DNA from: Heterodontus francisci
Taxonomy: Eukaryota
Assembly: GCF_036365525.1 (NCBI RefSeq)
Contig: NC_090387.1
Location: 71,015,535-71,079,534 of the forward strand
Direction: 5' to 3'
DNA length: 64,000 bases
Notes under the pieces: generated by a model
Database searches by the model: none
Seen by the model: the letters and a program-made list of their open reading frames with translations, nothing else
Told to the model about the DNA's origin: nothing
Program-made: the position numbers and the translations under genes
Shown here: in pieces, positions 47,806-60,480 of the stretch
Position numbering within the stretch: position 1 is the stretch's first letter
How the letters are laid out: every line of letters begins with the position of its first letter

Positions 47806-49800
47806 CAACAACAATCTGCATTTATGTAGCGCCTTTAATATTTTAAAATGTCCCAAGGCACTTCACAGGAATGCTAACAGACAAGATTTGACATGAAGAC
47901 ACATAATGAGATATTAGGACAGGTGGCCAAAAGCTTGGTCAAAGACATAGATTTTAAGGGGTGCCTTAAAGGTGGGGAGGCAGAAGTTTATGGAGTGAAT
48001 TCCAGAGCTTAGCACCTGTTCAGCTCAAAGCAGTGGTGGGGCACAGTAAGTGGGAGATGCACAATGTAGTATAATGTAATATAGGGTTGTTACTAGGCAG
48101 AATATGTAAATAGTCTGGGAGTGTCAACACAGGAAGTGATGTAACAGAATTTGTACAGAACCTCATGTATAGTGAAACTGGAACCCATAGAAGTTAGATA
48201 CATGTAAATAAACTCCTGTTCCTGTAACCGTCAATCTCTCAGATATTCTAAGACTAAGCAGTATCAGAATATTACATGATGGCAACAGTAAACTGAAGAA
48301 GAAATGGAAAAATCACTTCCCTTTGTTACGAGATTTCTTCTGTTACTTTTGTAAATATGTTTTAAAGAGCCTATTGTTGAATTCTGAACATTGATTCATC
48401 TGGAGATTGCTGAACTTTGTGCTTTTGTAAAAAAGGAAAGTCAGCAGAAGGTTTGGAACTTAGTAAATGTAAACAGACTGGAAGACACCTGTGTCCAAAT
48501 AACCCAGCAGGGGTTGTGCTTTTGACATGCAAAAGATTGTTTGCAAAGGAGTGACAGGCCTAGATTTATGGCTATCATGAGACTTGCTTCTGAACAGTTT
48601 TTGGTATCATTTTGAACAGTTAAAAAAGCCAGTTGGTGTTTGGCCTGCAAAACAGAAGAAGGTTGCTGCGTGCCTGCCAGAAGACAGATGATATAATTCT
48701 CTCTTGAAAAGAATTCCTGCATCAAGTGTGTTTACTATTTCCTCCTGTATTTGAAGAAGTCTTTACTGCTACAAGACCTAAGAAGATCCTTGTTGCTGCT
48801 TCCTGCTGTACCTTCTATTTGTTTGCAACAGCTGTAAACAAAAATTACTTTTTTTCCCCAGTTAACCGGCTTGTGTGTGTGTGTGTGTGCACGTGCATGA
48901 GAGACGGCTAGGATAAATAAGGGGCTTTAGGATTTCAATTTGTATGTATGCTTTACTTCATTATTGGTTAAAACTTGGTTTATAATAAACTGATAATTTT
49001 GTTGTTTATTAAAGAAACCTGGTTGGTGTGATTTATTCTGGGGGAAAATCAAGTATCCGATTGACCCCAGACATCTTCTAAAGAGAGAAAAACGAGTTAC
49101 GCAGACTTCTAAAAATGCCACAGTGGTTGACATTCTGAGAAGTGAAGTCAGAGTCTTGGGAGGAGATGTGGTATAATGTAATATAGGATTGTTACTGGGC
49201 AGAATATGTAAATAGTCTGTGAGTGTCATCACACGATTTGATGTAACAGAACCTCATGTAGAATGAAGCCATAGAAGTCAGATGCATGTAAATAAACTCC
49301 TGTTCCTGTAACCGTCAATCTCTCAGATATTCTGTATTAAAACTAATCAGTATCAGAATATTACACACAAAAGAGCAGAATTGAGTAGCGCAGAGTTCTT
49401 GTTGGGTTATAGAGCTGGAAAAGGTTACAGTGATAGGAAGGGGAGAGGCCATGGAAGAATTTAAACACAAAGAGTGTTGCTATTGCTGGACCAGGAGACA
49501 ATATTGGTCAGTGAGCACATGGATGATGGATGAATGGGACTTGGTGCGAGTTAGGATATGAGCATTGCTTTGGATGAGCTCAAGTTTAGGAGGGTGGATG
49601 ACGAGAGGCTGGCCAGGAAAGCGTTGGGATGGTTGTGTCTGTAACAATGGCATAGATCAAGACTTCAGTAGCAGAGGGCAGGTGCAGAGAAGGGTGATAT
49701 TACAGAGGTGGCAGTAGGCACTCGGAGATGGAAAGTATATGGGGTCAGGTGGTCAGCTCAGGGTCAAATAGGTGCTTTTCAGCTCTTTGAGGAGGTTTCA
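47806..49800 (-). mobile_element. Old L2 3' fragment interrupted by a mini LTR element
   Basis: caacaatctgcatttatgtagcgccttt tail; sequence continues across the CACAA TSD. Confidence 0.65.
48065..49365 (+). mobile_element. Complete non-autonomous mini LTR retrotransposon (TRIM-like)
   Basis: Direct repeats 48065-48276 and 49167-49365, TG...CA ends, PPT GGGAGGAGA, 5-bp TSD CACAA, non-coding 890-bp interior. Confidence 0.9.
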
Positions 49801-52124
49801 AACAGCCCGGTTTACCCTCAAGACAGTGGCCAGGGAGGTTCACAGCACAACAAATGTATGATGGATGGTGCACTGCTACAGCTTAGCAAAGATGTAGGAT
49901 TTGTATAAAAACACAAAAGGATAGGTGTAATGCATAAATGTTTGGAAATAAATCAAAATTCTGGATATCCAAAATAAAAACAAACAATTATGGAAACAAA
50001 TAGCATCTGAAAAGAGAAAAAAAGGGGGAATAATTTAGCCCGAGTCTCTTACACCCCAGCTGTCAAGTTTTAGAAAATTTGTTACAATTGTTAATAGCAA
50101 AAATAAATGAATCTGACTTGCCCTCGGTGCAGTGACTGTAACTTTATACAGGTAATATATGTATTGATTTCGACTATTACACAACTGGATGTGCCTGCAT
50201 TTTAGAGGAGTCACTGAGAGCTGATGAGTAGTGAGTTTGAGAGTCTGTGAGGATCCCACTCCCCCATAAATTAATCAACTGATTCTGTCCCATTGCAACA
50301 TTTCGTAGAATGTCAGGAAGTCAAGGAAAGTTAGTAGGCCTGTCAGTGGGAGTCACTCTCCACCCAAGAGAAGAGGTGGCCCAGAAAGAGGATCAAGATG
50401 TTCACGATACGTTTTTAAACTCTTATTTTATCAAGATAAGTTATTTCCCCTCTGATTTTTCTCTCCTCTGCAACGCATTGACTCCTTGTTGGGAAATGAT
50501 TCATTGGCCACAGGTTATCCTCTGGTCCCTCATCCAAGTGGCCATTATTATTGCATGAGCCTGTACAGTAGCTGTTGGGAGACTATTTTACTTTGGAGAG
50601 CATCATAACTAAACCTAATGCCATTATATTCAACATCTGTGTCACGTTTTGTGTTTCAAACACTGGAAATATTCCCAGGTTTAGTGCCTCTTGCCCCTCC
50701 CCAAGTGGCTATTGAATTTCCTGTGATAAATAAAATAACCACTTATTTTCTCTCTAAACATAGACTATAAAATAAAAATGTTACTTCTTAAACTGTGAAA
50801 GATGCCCCAACCTCGAGCTGAACAAACTCTTCTACTGGCCAGCACAAACGTTACACACAGAGCTCACAGTACTGGTTGCAAAATTGAAATTGACTGTGGA
50901 ACATTTATTTCCAGGCAAGGTGATCCATAGAAAAGTTTACACTGAAGCAAAGGGCAGTAGATAACTACATATTTTTCAATTACATTAGATCAACAACCAT
51001 CCACAGAAAGTTGCTTTATCAATATTGAATACTAAGCCACTTGACCAATGACTAAGATGTTTGTTCTCAAACATGTTGACTGACCAATTATTGTCGGCTC
51101 CTTGGGCATACCATAGTGATTGCCATAGAAACTTGCACCCTGTGAAACCTATGCAGCCAGCTTGACTGAGCCCTGAGCTGAAAACTTTGCTGTTGAGAAA
51201 ATACCCTGAATCAACACCGCACAGAAGTATATTTCTGCCATGGCTTACTGGATACTGGATAACAATTCCAAGCAGGAACACGAATTGATTTCCCCTTCCC
51301 TAATCAAGGGCACTGAGGCCTAAAGTAACTCACTATATAGACACAGATCAAGCCTGGGAGCTTCCTGGTCCATTTGGTTCAGCTACTCACAGAATAAATT
51401 CACTGAGCTGTCAAGAAAACTGTTGAACCAGTCTAAAATAAATTGATCTCCCCTGTATTGTACCACTCCCCTCCACCCCATGATTTCCTAGGCTGTATCT
51501 TGAGTCAGTAGATATTACATTACAATGTTCGGAAAGCATTATAGCAAATTAAAAGTGAAAGTTCATGGAAATGAATTGACCAGTGGGAAACAGAATGTTG
51601 TCATCACCATGACTGACCAGCAGAACCTTTCAACATTGTCTTGAGATACAAAAGACCTCAACAAAAAGCATGCCAGTAAAATGCTGTAGTTTTCAAATGA
51701 GACTAAGATTTTGAGGGAAAATGGACTACTTTGAGGAAATCTATCTCACCTAGTGAGCTACTTACCAACTGGGCAGGTTAATGGCCCTTAATACAGAGAA
51801 CTGAGGTAACACAAATTAGTGCAAAAAGATAAAAAAATGATTGCAATTTTCAAATTAATTTCAATTAACCCGAAGATGCTGCAGGCAGATTCAGGTGTGC
51901 CAACAGGAATAACATTATCTACTGGAATTGTAAAATGAAGCAAGGGTGAGGTTAGAAGGACAGATTTGGAGAGGATAGAGTCTGGGAGTTAGAGGAATTG
52001 GAAGAGGAATGTTTTGTGAAGATCGGAGATATTTAATTTCAGGTGTCAAATTTTTGTTATCTTAGCTTTTGTATTCAAACTGTCCTGGGTTGAGGAGAGT
52101 CAGGTCTTTATAATCACTATGATA

Positions 52125-55100
52125 AAAGCTTTTGAGATTGTGAAGGGTTTCGTGGAGTACATAAAGAGAAATTGTTTCCAATGGCAGGAGGGTCAGTGAC
52201 CAGAAGGCACAGATTTAAGGTTTTGGCAAAAGAACCAGACGTGACAGGAGCATAATCGTTTTTCCGCAGTGTGTTTTTAAAAATTCATTCCTGGGATGTG
52301 GGCGTCACTGGCTAGGCCAGCATTTATTGCCCATCCCTAATTGCCCTTGAGAAGGTGGTGGTGAGCTGCCTTCTTGAACCGCTGCAGTCCATTTGGGGTA
52401 GGTATACCCACAGTGCTGTTATGAAGAGAGTTCCAGGATTTTGACCCAGCAACAGTGAAGGAACGGTGATATAGTTGCAAGTCAGGATAGTGTGTGACTT
52501 GGAGGGGAACTTGCAGGTGGAGGTGTTCCCATGTATTTGCTGCCCTTGTCCTTCTAGGTGGTAGAGGTCGCTGGTTTGGAAGGTGCTGTCTAGGGAGCCT
52601 TGGAGCGTTGCTGCACTGCATCTTGTAGATGGTACACACTGCTGCCACTGTGTGTCGGTGATGGAGGGAGTGAATGTTTGTAGATGGGGTGCCAATCAAG
52701 CGGGCGGGTGTCAAGCTTCCTCAGTGTTGTTGGAGCTGCACCCATCCAGGCAAGTGGAGAGTATTCCATCACACTCCTGACTTGTGCCTTGTAGATGGTG
52801 GACAGGCTTTGGGGAGTCAGGAGGTGAGTTACTTGCCTCAGGATTCCTGGCCTCTGACCTGCTCTTGTAGCCACGGTATTTATATGGCTACTCCTGTTCA
52901 GTTTCTGGACAATGGTAGCCCCTAGGATGTTGATAGTGGGGAATTCAGCGATGGTAATGCTATTGAATGTCAAGGGGAGATGGTTAGATTCTCTCTTGTT
53001 GGAGATGGTCATTGCCTGGCACTTGTGTGATGCGAATGTTACTTGCCACTTATCAGCCCAAGCCTGGATATTATCCAGGTCTTGCTGCATTTCTACACGG
53101 ACTGCTTCAGTATCTGAGGAGTCGCAAATGGTGCTGAACATTGTGCAATCATCAGCAAATATCCCCACTTCGGACCTTATGATTGAAGGAAAGTCATTGA
53201 TGAAGCAGCTGAAGATGGTTGGGCCTACGACACTACCTTGAGGAACTCCTGCAGTGATGTCCTGGAGCTCAGATGATTGACCTCCAACAACCACAACCAT
53301 CTTCCTTTGCTCTAGGTATGACTCCAGCCAGCGGAGGGTTTTCCCCCTGATTCCCTTTGACCTCAGTTTTGCTAGGGCTCCTTGATACCGTACACGGTCA
53401 AATGCTGCCTTGATGTCAAGGGCAGTCACTCTCACCTCACCTCTTGAGTTTAGCTCTTTTGTCCATGTTTGAACCAAGGCTGCAATGACATCAGGAGCTG
53501 AGTGGCCCTGGTGGAACCCAAACTGAGTGTCACTGAGCAGGTTATTGCTAAGCAAGTGCCACATGATGGCACTGTTGATGACACCTTCCATCACTTTACC
53601 GATGATTGAGAGTAGGCTGATGGGGCGGTAATTGGTCGGGTTGGACTTGTCCTGCTTTTTGTGTACAGGACATACTTGGGCAATTTTCCACATTGCAGGG
53701 TAGATGCCAGTGTTGTAGCTGTACTGGAACAGCTTGGCTAGGGGTGCAGCAAGTTCTGGAGCACAGGTCTTCAGTACTATTGCCGGAATATTGTCAGAGC
53801 CCATAGCTTTTGCAGTATCCAGTGTCTTCAGTCGTTTCTTGATATCACGCGAAGTGAATCAAATTGGCTGAAGTCTGGCATCTGTGATGCTGAGGACTTC
53901 AGCAGGAGGCCGAGATGGATCATCAACTCGGCACTTCTGGCTGAAGATTGTTGCAAATGCTTCAGCCTTATCTTTCCACTGATGTGCTGGGCTCCCCCAT
54001 CATTGAGGATGGGGATATTTGTGGAGCCACCTCCTCCAGTTAGTTGTTTAATTGTCCACCACCATTCATGGCTGGATGTGGCAGGACTGCAGAGCTTAGA
54101 TCTGATCCGTTGGTTATGGGATCGCTTAGCTCTGTCCATCACATGCTGCTTACACAATTTGGCACGCAGATAGTCCTGTGTTGTAGCTTCACCAGGTTGA
54201 CACCTCATTTTGAGGTATGCCTGGTGCTGCTCCTGGCATGCCCTCCTGCACTCTTCATTGAACCAGGGTTGGTCTCCTGGCTTGATGGTAATGGTAGAGT
54301 GGGGGATATGCCGGGCTATGAGGTTACAGATTGTGATTGAGTACAATTCTGCTGCTGCTGATGGCCCACAATGCCTCATGGATGCCCAGTTTTGCATTGC
54401 TAGATCTGTTTGAAATCTATCCCATTTAGCACGGTGATAGTGCCACACAACACAATGGACGGTATGCTCAACGTGAAGGTGGGACTTTGTCTCCACAAGA
54501 ACTGTGCAGTGGACACTCCTACCAATACAGTCATGGACAGAAGCATTTGCGGCAGGCAGATTGGTGAGGATGAGGTCAAGTATGTTTTTCCCTCGTGTTG
54601 GTTCCCCCACCACCTGCCGCAGACCCAGTCCAGCAGCTATGTCCTTTAGGACTCGGCCAGCTCGGTCAGTAGTGGTGCTACCGAGCCACTCTTGGTGATG
54701 GACATTGAAGTCCCCCACCCAGAGTACATTTTGTGCCCTTGCCACCCTCAGTGCTTCCTCCAAGTGGTGTTCAACATGGTGGAGTACTGAGTCATCAACT
54801 GAGGGCCGTAGGTGGTAATCAGTAGGAGGTTACCTTGCCCATGTTTGACCTGATGCCATGAGACTTCATGGTGTCCGGAGTCGATGTTGAGGACTCCCAG
54901 GGCAACTCCCTCCCTACTGTATACCACTGTGCCACCACCTCTGGTGGGTCTGTCCTGCCGGTGGGACAGGACATACACGGGGATGGTGATGGCAGTGTCT
55001 GGGACATTGTCTGTAAGATATGATTCCGTGAGTATGACTATGTCAGGCTGTTGCTTGACTAGTGTGTGGGACACCTCTCCCGACCTTGGCACAAGCCCCC

Positions 55101-55760
55101 AGATGTTAGTAAGGAGGACTTTGCAGGGTCGACAGGGCTGGGTTTGCCGTTGTCGTTTCCGGTGTGTAGTTCGATGCTGGGTGGTCCGTCCGGTTTCATT
55201 CCTTTTTATTGACTTTGTAACGGTTAGGTACAACTGAGTGGCTTGCTAGGCCATTTCAGAGGGCATGTGAGAGTTAACCACATTACTGTGGGTCTGGAGT
55301 CACATGTAGGCCAGACAAGGTAAGGACAGCAGATTTCCTTCCTTAAAGGACATTAGTGAACCGGATGGGTTTTTACAACAATCGACAATGGTTTCATGGC
55401 TATCATTAGACTGGCTTTTAATTCAAGATTTATTAATTAAATTCAAATTCCACCGTCTGCTGTGGTGGGATTCGAACCCATGTCCCCAGAGAAATACCCT
55501 GGGTCTCTGGGTTACTAGTCCAGTGATAATACCACTATGCCACCGCCTACCACCTGTGTAGTTAAGTTTTGGAATGCACTGCCTGATATTTACAGGTTCA
55601 ACAGTAGCTTTCAAAGGGGAATTGGATAAATACTTGAAGGACAAAAAAATTGCAGCGATATGGGGAAAGAATGGAACTAATTGGATTGCCCCTTGAAAGA
55701 GCCGTTGCACACTCGACGTGCTGAATGGCCTCCTTCTGTGCTCTACTAATCTTTGATTCT
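52125..55760 (+). mobile_element. Old CR1 3' fragment (52125-52274 plus 55555-55760), the target of the tRNA-headed LINE
   Basis: tttttccgcagtgtgt|...|tgtgtagttaagttttggaatgcactgcctga restores the FFTQRVV..WNALP region. Confidence 0.75.
52275..55554 (-). mobile_element. Full-length single-ORF LINE (APE+RT, CR1/jockey-group, distinct from HER1) with a tRNA-derived Pol III head; this copy frameshifted
   Basis: TSD TGTGT (52270-52274, 55555-55559). A box 55532-55542, B box 55468-55478. APE LLTNIWGL/ILTESYL/VGDFNVH, RT LDIKAAFD/GVPQGSVVGP/FADD. No ORF1. Confidence 0.9.
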
Positions 55761-58700
55761 TCTAGTCTATAATCAGAGTATCTAATACACATTATTTTAA
55801 ATGTAGGCTTCTCTAACTGGGTATCCAGCACAAATGATACAAAATCCTCCTTTCCAGCAAGCTAATGGGAACCTATGTCATACAACTCTTCTTCAATTCC
55901 CTGAAGCTGACTTTCATTATCCAAAAATTAACCAAGGACAGGAACTGGCAAAAGTCAAAATCCTACCCTCGTTAGCTCATACAGTGAGAACAGTGACTGA
56001 TTGAATCCCAGATTCACATAAAACATGCGAATGAGAAGGTTTATTCTTTCCATAGATCATATGCAATTTGAATTTTAGTGGCAATCAGTCCAGTATTACA
56101 ATCTGCATTATTAAAGCTTGACCAACTGTATTCCACAGTCACTTAAACCATGTGAGTTTCAGAGTATCCAGCAAACTGCTTTGTCCAAAAATCAGTTGAT
56201 TTATCTGCTCTACTAGAAGGGGTAGTAGGGGAGATCACACCATCTCCAGACCCACTTGAAGCTCATTAACCTTCTCAGGATATTTCATAGAACTAGAAAT
56301 CATAACATTTAGATTATTTGTGGCCTTTCAGCGTTTTAACAATTTGGCTTAGGTCTCCTTTCAATTTTTTTCTCCAAGTTAAAATAACAGCAATTTTTTA
56401 GCCTCCCCCTCATATTCATAATATTGAATCCCAAAAATATCTTTTGTTTCTCTCTGAACACTCTCCACTACACAAATGCCTAATGCGTAGAGGGATGTGG
56501 ATTTGGCACAAAGCCAAGAAGAGTAATAAAGCAGGTCCAAAAAGCTCTTGAACACTGACATAGACAACAAGGCAAGCCAGTTGGGCTTTTTCTCACTCTT
56601 GCTAATATGTTCTAATGAACTTTCATGTTGAAATCAGCTCTCCTGCTGTGCATCACTTATGTACTGGCGCATCACATTGTTTATCACCTGTTCATAATTC
56701 TTCATATTGAAAAGTGATGTCTAATTTTACTTCATTACTATTCACAATGTGATCACATTTTTGCTACATAAACAAATATTACTATGTGTCCTCCTGCAGG
56801 AACCATTATTCATAATGTGCTTATGAAATACATTCAAACCAGAGGCCTGATTGTTTTCATGGCATAGAACTCACTATAGAAATTATTTACAGTGGATCAG
56901 AGGCTGTTCTAACTCCAGAGACATCTCTTTGCCATTCTCCCCCAACAGTTTCACTACTTTCACAATGCTGCTCTCTCAAATTGGAACCAGTTTAACCTCT
57001 TAAAACTCATTGCGGGGGGGAGGGGGGGGGGGGGGGATGGTGGTTAATAATGACTGCGTGTGAAAGAGGCGATAGTGAATCTCCAGCTGTAAGCCTGTTT
57101 TAAAGCACTTAGGCTTATCGTTCATTTTGACCCGCAAGTTACAATGCAACAAATTAATAACTTAATCAAAAGGTTGTTATTCTTAATGAGGTTATGGTTT
57201 ATTTGTACCCATGATTACAGAAAATGATTACAGATTGAGAAAGAAAATAATAATTTTTTAAAAATTGCGTTGTTACTATATGCCCAGCAAATAAATGCGT
57301 CAACAATATCTGGCATCAAACTGCTTGAATATGTTTCCAGTAAGCTTAATCATACAATCATCCAAACTGGTCAGCTCCTGTTGATTGCAGATTCTGCTTC
57401 TGACACTCAGTTGGGATCCCGCCTGTTGACTGCAACTCTCCTTCCTTCCTCTTTGATTGCAGTAAAGGTCTCCGACGTGTTCAACCTTTTATACCCCTTT
57501 TCAGGGGATGGACCTGGGTTACTATGTTGACAGGCCATACTGTCCTATGAAGCTTCTCTGAAAAACACAATGCCCAATTCTATTGAGCTCTTTGTTTAAA
57601 CCATAGGGTTTGAACCTGCCCAGAAAGTTGTCCATCTTTCTTTAGCTATCTTTCAATAAATTTCCAAGATGTGAAGCCCCTTGTAGTCAACCTTCCAGAT
57701 AAAGATGTTTGTAAAATTGCTAGAACACTAGGCCCCGTCTTATCTAATTTGGACAGCCTCTAAAATCTATCCAAATACCATGTCTCTCCTTCCCCCACAC
57801 CATCTTTGTTTCTTTCTGATAGCCTTTGTTTAGTTTCACTGCCTTACCACAGCTCAGCAAGTTTAATTTTAAAAGACTGAAAAACAAGCATTGCTTCCAT
57901 TAGCACGGTTCCCAAGGCATGCTTGTTGAACGTCAGGCTAAAAATTATCAATTTTCTTCATTTTCTTATACCAGCCCACATTATATCGCTCATGATTATT
58001 ATTTCCATTGAAGTCAAAATTACCCCCCAATGAGTCCCAGTTTGGAAGCATTAGGCATTAAATGTACAAAAGTGCTCATCCCAGACAAACTCCATTCCAG
58101 TAGGAGATGTAACACAGCACACTTCATAATTGGCAGACAAAAATGGCCAAAATAAAAGATCAAATGGGTACCAGAAAAAGATTTTTACAAGGTTGTGGAA
58201 GCAGTAGAGAACACAGGAGAAAAGTCCTTTCAGGTTACATCTTCTTTGGATCTATTGAAGGTTGACCATGTACAATTTGTCCCATCGTAAACTCTACCTT
58301 GCTTAATAGGCTGAGAAGCTCCAAAAGGATCTCTCTGATGCCCAAAACAGTACAATGAAATTTCAGCATGTTCATCCAAGTTGTTTAACATGAATCCATT
58401 TTTGGACGAGTCACAATTAAAAGAGGCAAGAATTCTTTACACTTGATTCTTTTTTCAAAAAAAGAAAGCCTGTGAATGGGAACGAAAGAAAGCAGCAAAG
58501 GAACAGAGTTGAAAAGCTGCAGAGACAGGAGTTCAGCCAGCGTTTGGTTAAGCTGTGTCTGACTTGTACGGAATCTATCACCCATCTTTAAATCGCAAAA
58601 CAAAGCTATTAAGAAATTTGCCAAGTTAAGATATCTGTTTGCATAATATGAAATGTACTCTCTAGATCTGAACGTCTATCTCCAGGCATGTTATCTGAAG

Positions 58701-58924
58701 GCCTTCTGACCACAGATACACTTGCTTTCCTTTCTCCCTTCCTCCTGAAGATAGTCAACAGGTGATCATGAGACAAATGTGGACACGAGGTGGACAGTAG
58801 GCAAGTAAAATTCCTCACGAACAGCATGAGCAGGACATCACCCCATAAAATGTGCAAATGCATTGTCACCATTCTCTTGACCAGGACACACATCACACTG
58901 CACTGAATAACCAGTTCGCAATTG

Positions 58925-59910
58925 GGGGCGCTGCTTCGATTAGCTCAGTTAGCTGGATGCCTAGGGATGGCTTTTATTTTCCCGCTGCCGCTCCTGGCAG
59001 CAGGCAAATAAATGGCGCGCTGCCGTACCGCCACGATCTAGCGCTTGACGGCTCATTATAATATGCAGGGTGGCGACACCCCCCAATCATGCAGCGGGTC
59101 TGCCTCGGCGACACTATCAACGTCATCGCCTGTTTCTGCGCAGGTGCTGGCACATTTTTAAAGGGCTGCCAGGCCTGCCTTGACTGACCAAAGTTGCCCC
59201 CATTCCCCCACCAACTTCAACAAAAATAAAGTTTGACACCACCACCCCCCCAACTACAGTAGAAAATCCCCGATTACCACTTTTCCATCCCAACTGACCT
59301 AAGTGCAGAGTTCAACCCTTCCCGCCCCCCTCTCACCACACTCTCAATTCAGAGTTGACCCCTCCCACCCCCCCACCCCATTACAAATGCAGACCTCCCC
59401 GCTTCCCTATTTCAGTGGTGTCAGCTTTCCCTTGATGGGAAATTGAAGGCGCAGGAGTGCCACATGTTGTTCAGAAGATCAGTAACTGCCTCTAACATCG
59501 CTCCGGCTTCCATTTAAATGTATTTAATTGGTGATTTGAATATTGAAATTTGGGTCCTGCCGCAGAGTGGTGGATGTGCCACCACAGAGCTTCCCCGCCG
59601 CTGGGAAGATCGGGCTCACCATTCCTGGCACCGGGCTCCATGGTGGGCTGCTGCTGCTCTGATCTTCCAGGCGCCCCCCCCCCATCACGGAGCCCGTGTC
59701 GGGAGCTCACAAAATCCAGCCCCTAGAGTGCGGTGCAGAAAGGCGCCAACAGCAAGGGCCCAATCCCCATACAGGCTGTGGTAGTTTATGGATGCCTGCC
59801 ACCTCGCCTTCCCCCACACTTGAGGAATGGTGGCCCTCAAGCTATACATGATCAACTGTCTCTCTCTAATGGAGAGAAATGCCTATGGTCCTTTGGGACT
59901 ACGGTTAGAA
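58925..59910 (+). mobile_element. Old tRNA-derived SINE split by a MITE
   Basis: A-box-like TAGCTCAGTTAG before the MITE, degenerate B box GGCCCAATCCC after it. Confidence 0.45.
58964..59722. mobile_element. GC-rich MITE with 3-bp TSD (PIF/Harbinger-like)
   Basis: Ends GGGATGGCTTTT / AAAATCCAGCCC; TSD CTA (58961-58963, 59723-59725). Confidence 0.7.
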
Positions 59911-60480
59911 CAACAACCAGTTAGAGATAGGGATCTTTAGCAGGAGCTGTTGCCCCCTGATAACCCATGCATGATAGATATTGAGTCTTGGATAGGTGGA
60001 AAGATCAACACAGTAGCAGCTTGTATGGTGCCAATTACTTGATGTCCATTCAAGGTCTAAGCTATACAGCTGGCTAACTCATCATTAACTGCTTTATTGA
60101 GACCCTTATGGGCAAAGCAGTCTACTGGACTTCCTTTCCAGGGTACTCAGTGACAGGTGGGTCGAGGTCAGCGCCTTTGTCCCTCCCTCACAGCTGTTTC
60201 CTTTTTCCTGTCTAGGCCAATGAATGAGGAATAGCCATTTAGTAGAGGGAGCATGGGGAAGCAGCTGGCATCCACAGTAAAAGCATTCAAGCAAGAGTTT
60301 GGGGGAGTGGGGGCGGGGATATTTAAAAAAAAATCTTTCCCTGTAAATCAGCACGAGATAAAGATATAGCTCTCACATCATATGAAGTTTCTATTATGTA
60401 TCAATGGGGATGTTGAACAGGAAGTTCCCAAACACAAGGTTTAGGAAATTACACATGAATTTGTTCATTTCTCTGCTGCT

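Noticed and set aside
50300-51420. Ancient SINE-like fragments (also ~60100-60290, ~63530-63610)
   Set aside because: Too degenerate to set boundaries or family by eye.
57175-57727. Possible minus-strand solo LTR (TGTT...AACA, TATAAAA, AATAAA)
   Set aside because: No matching TSD and no second copy in the window; too weak to call.
58000-58900. Possible decayed coding sequence on the minus strand
   Set aside because: Short ORFs without recognisable motifs.
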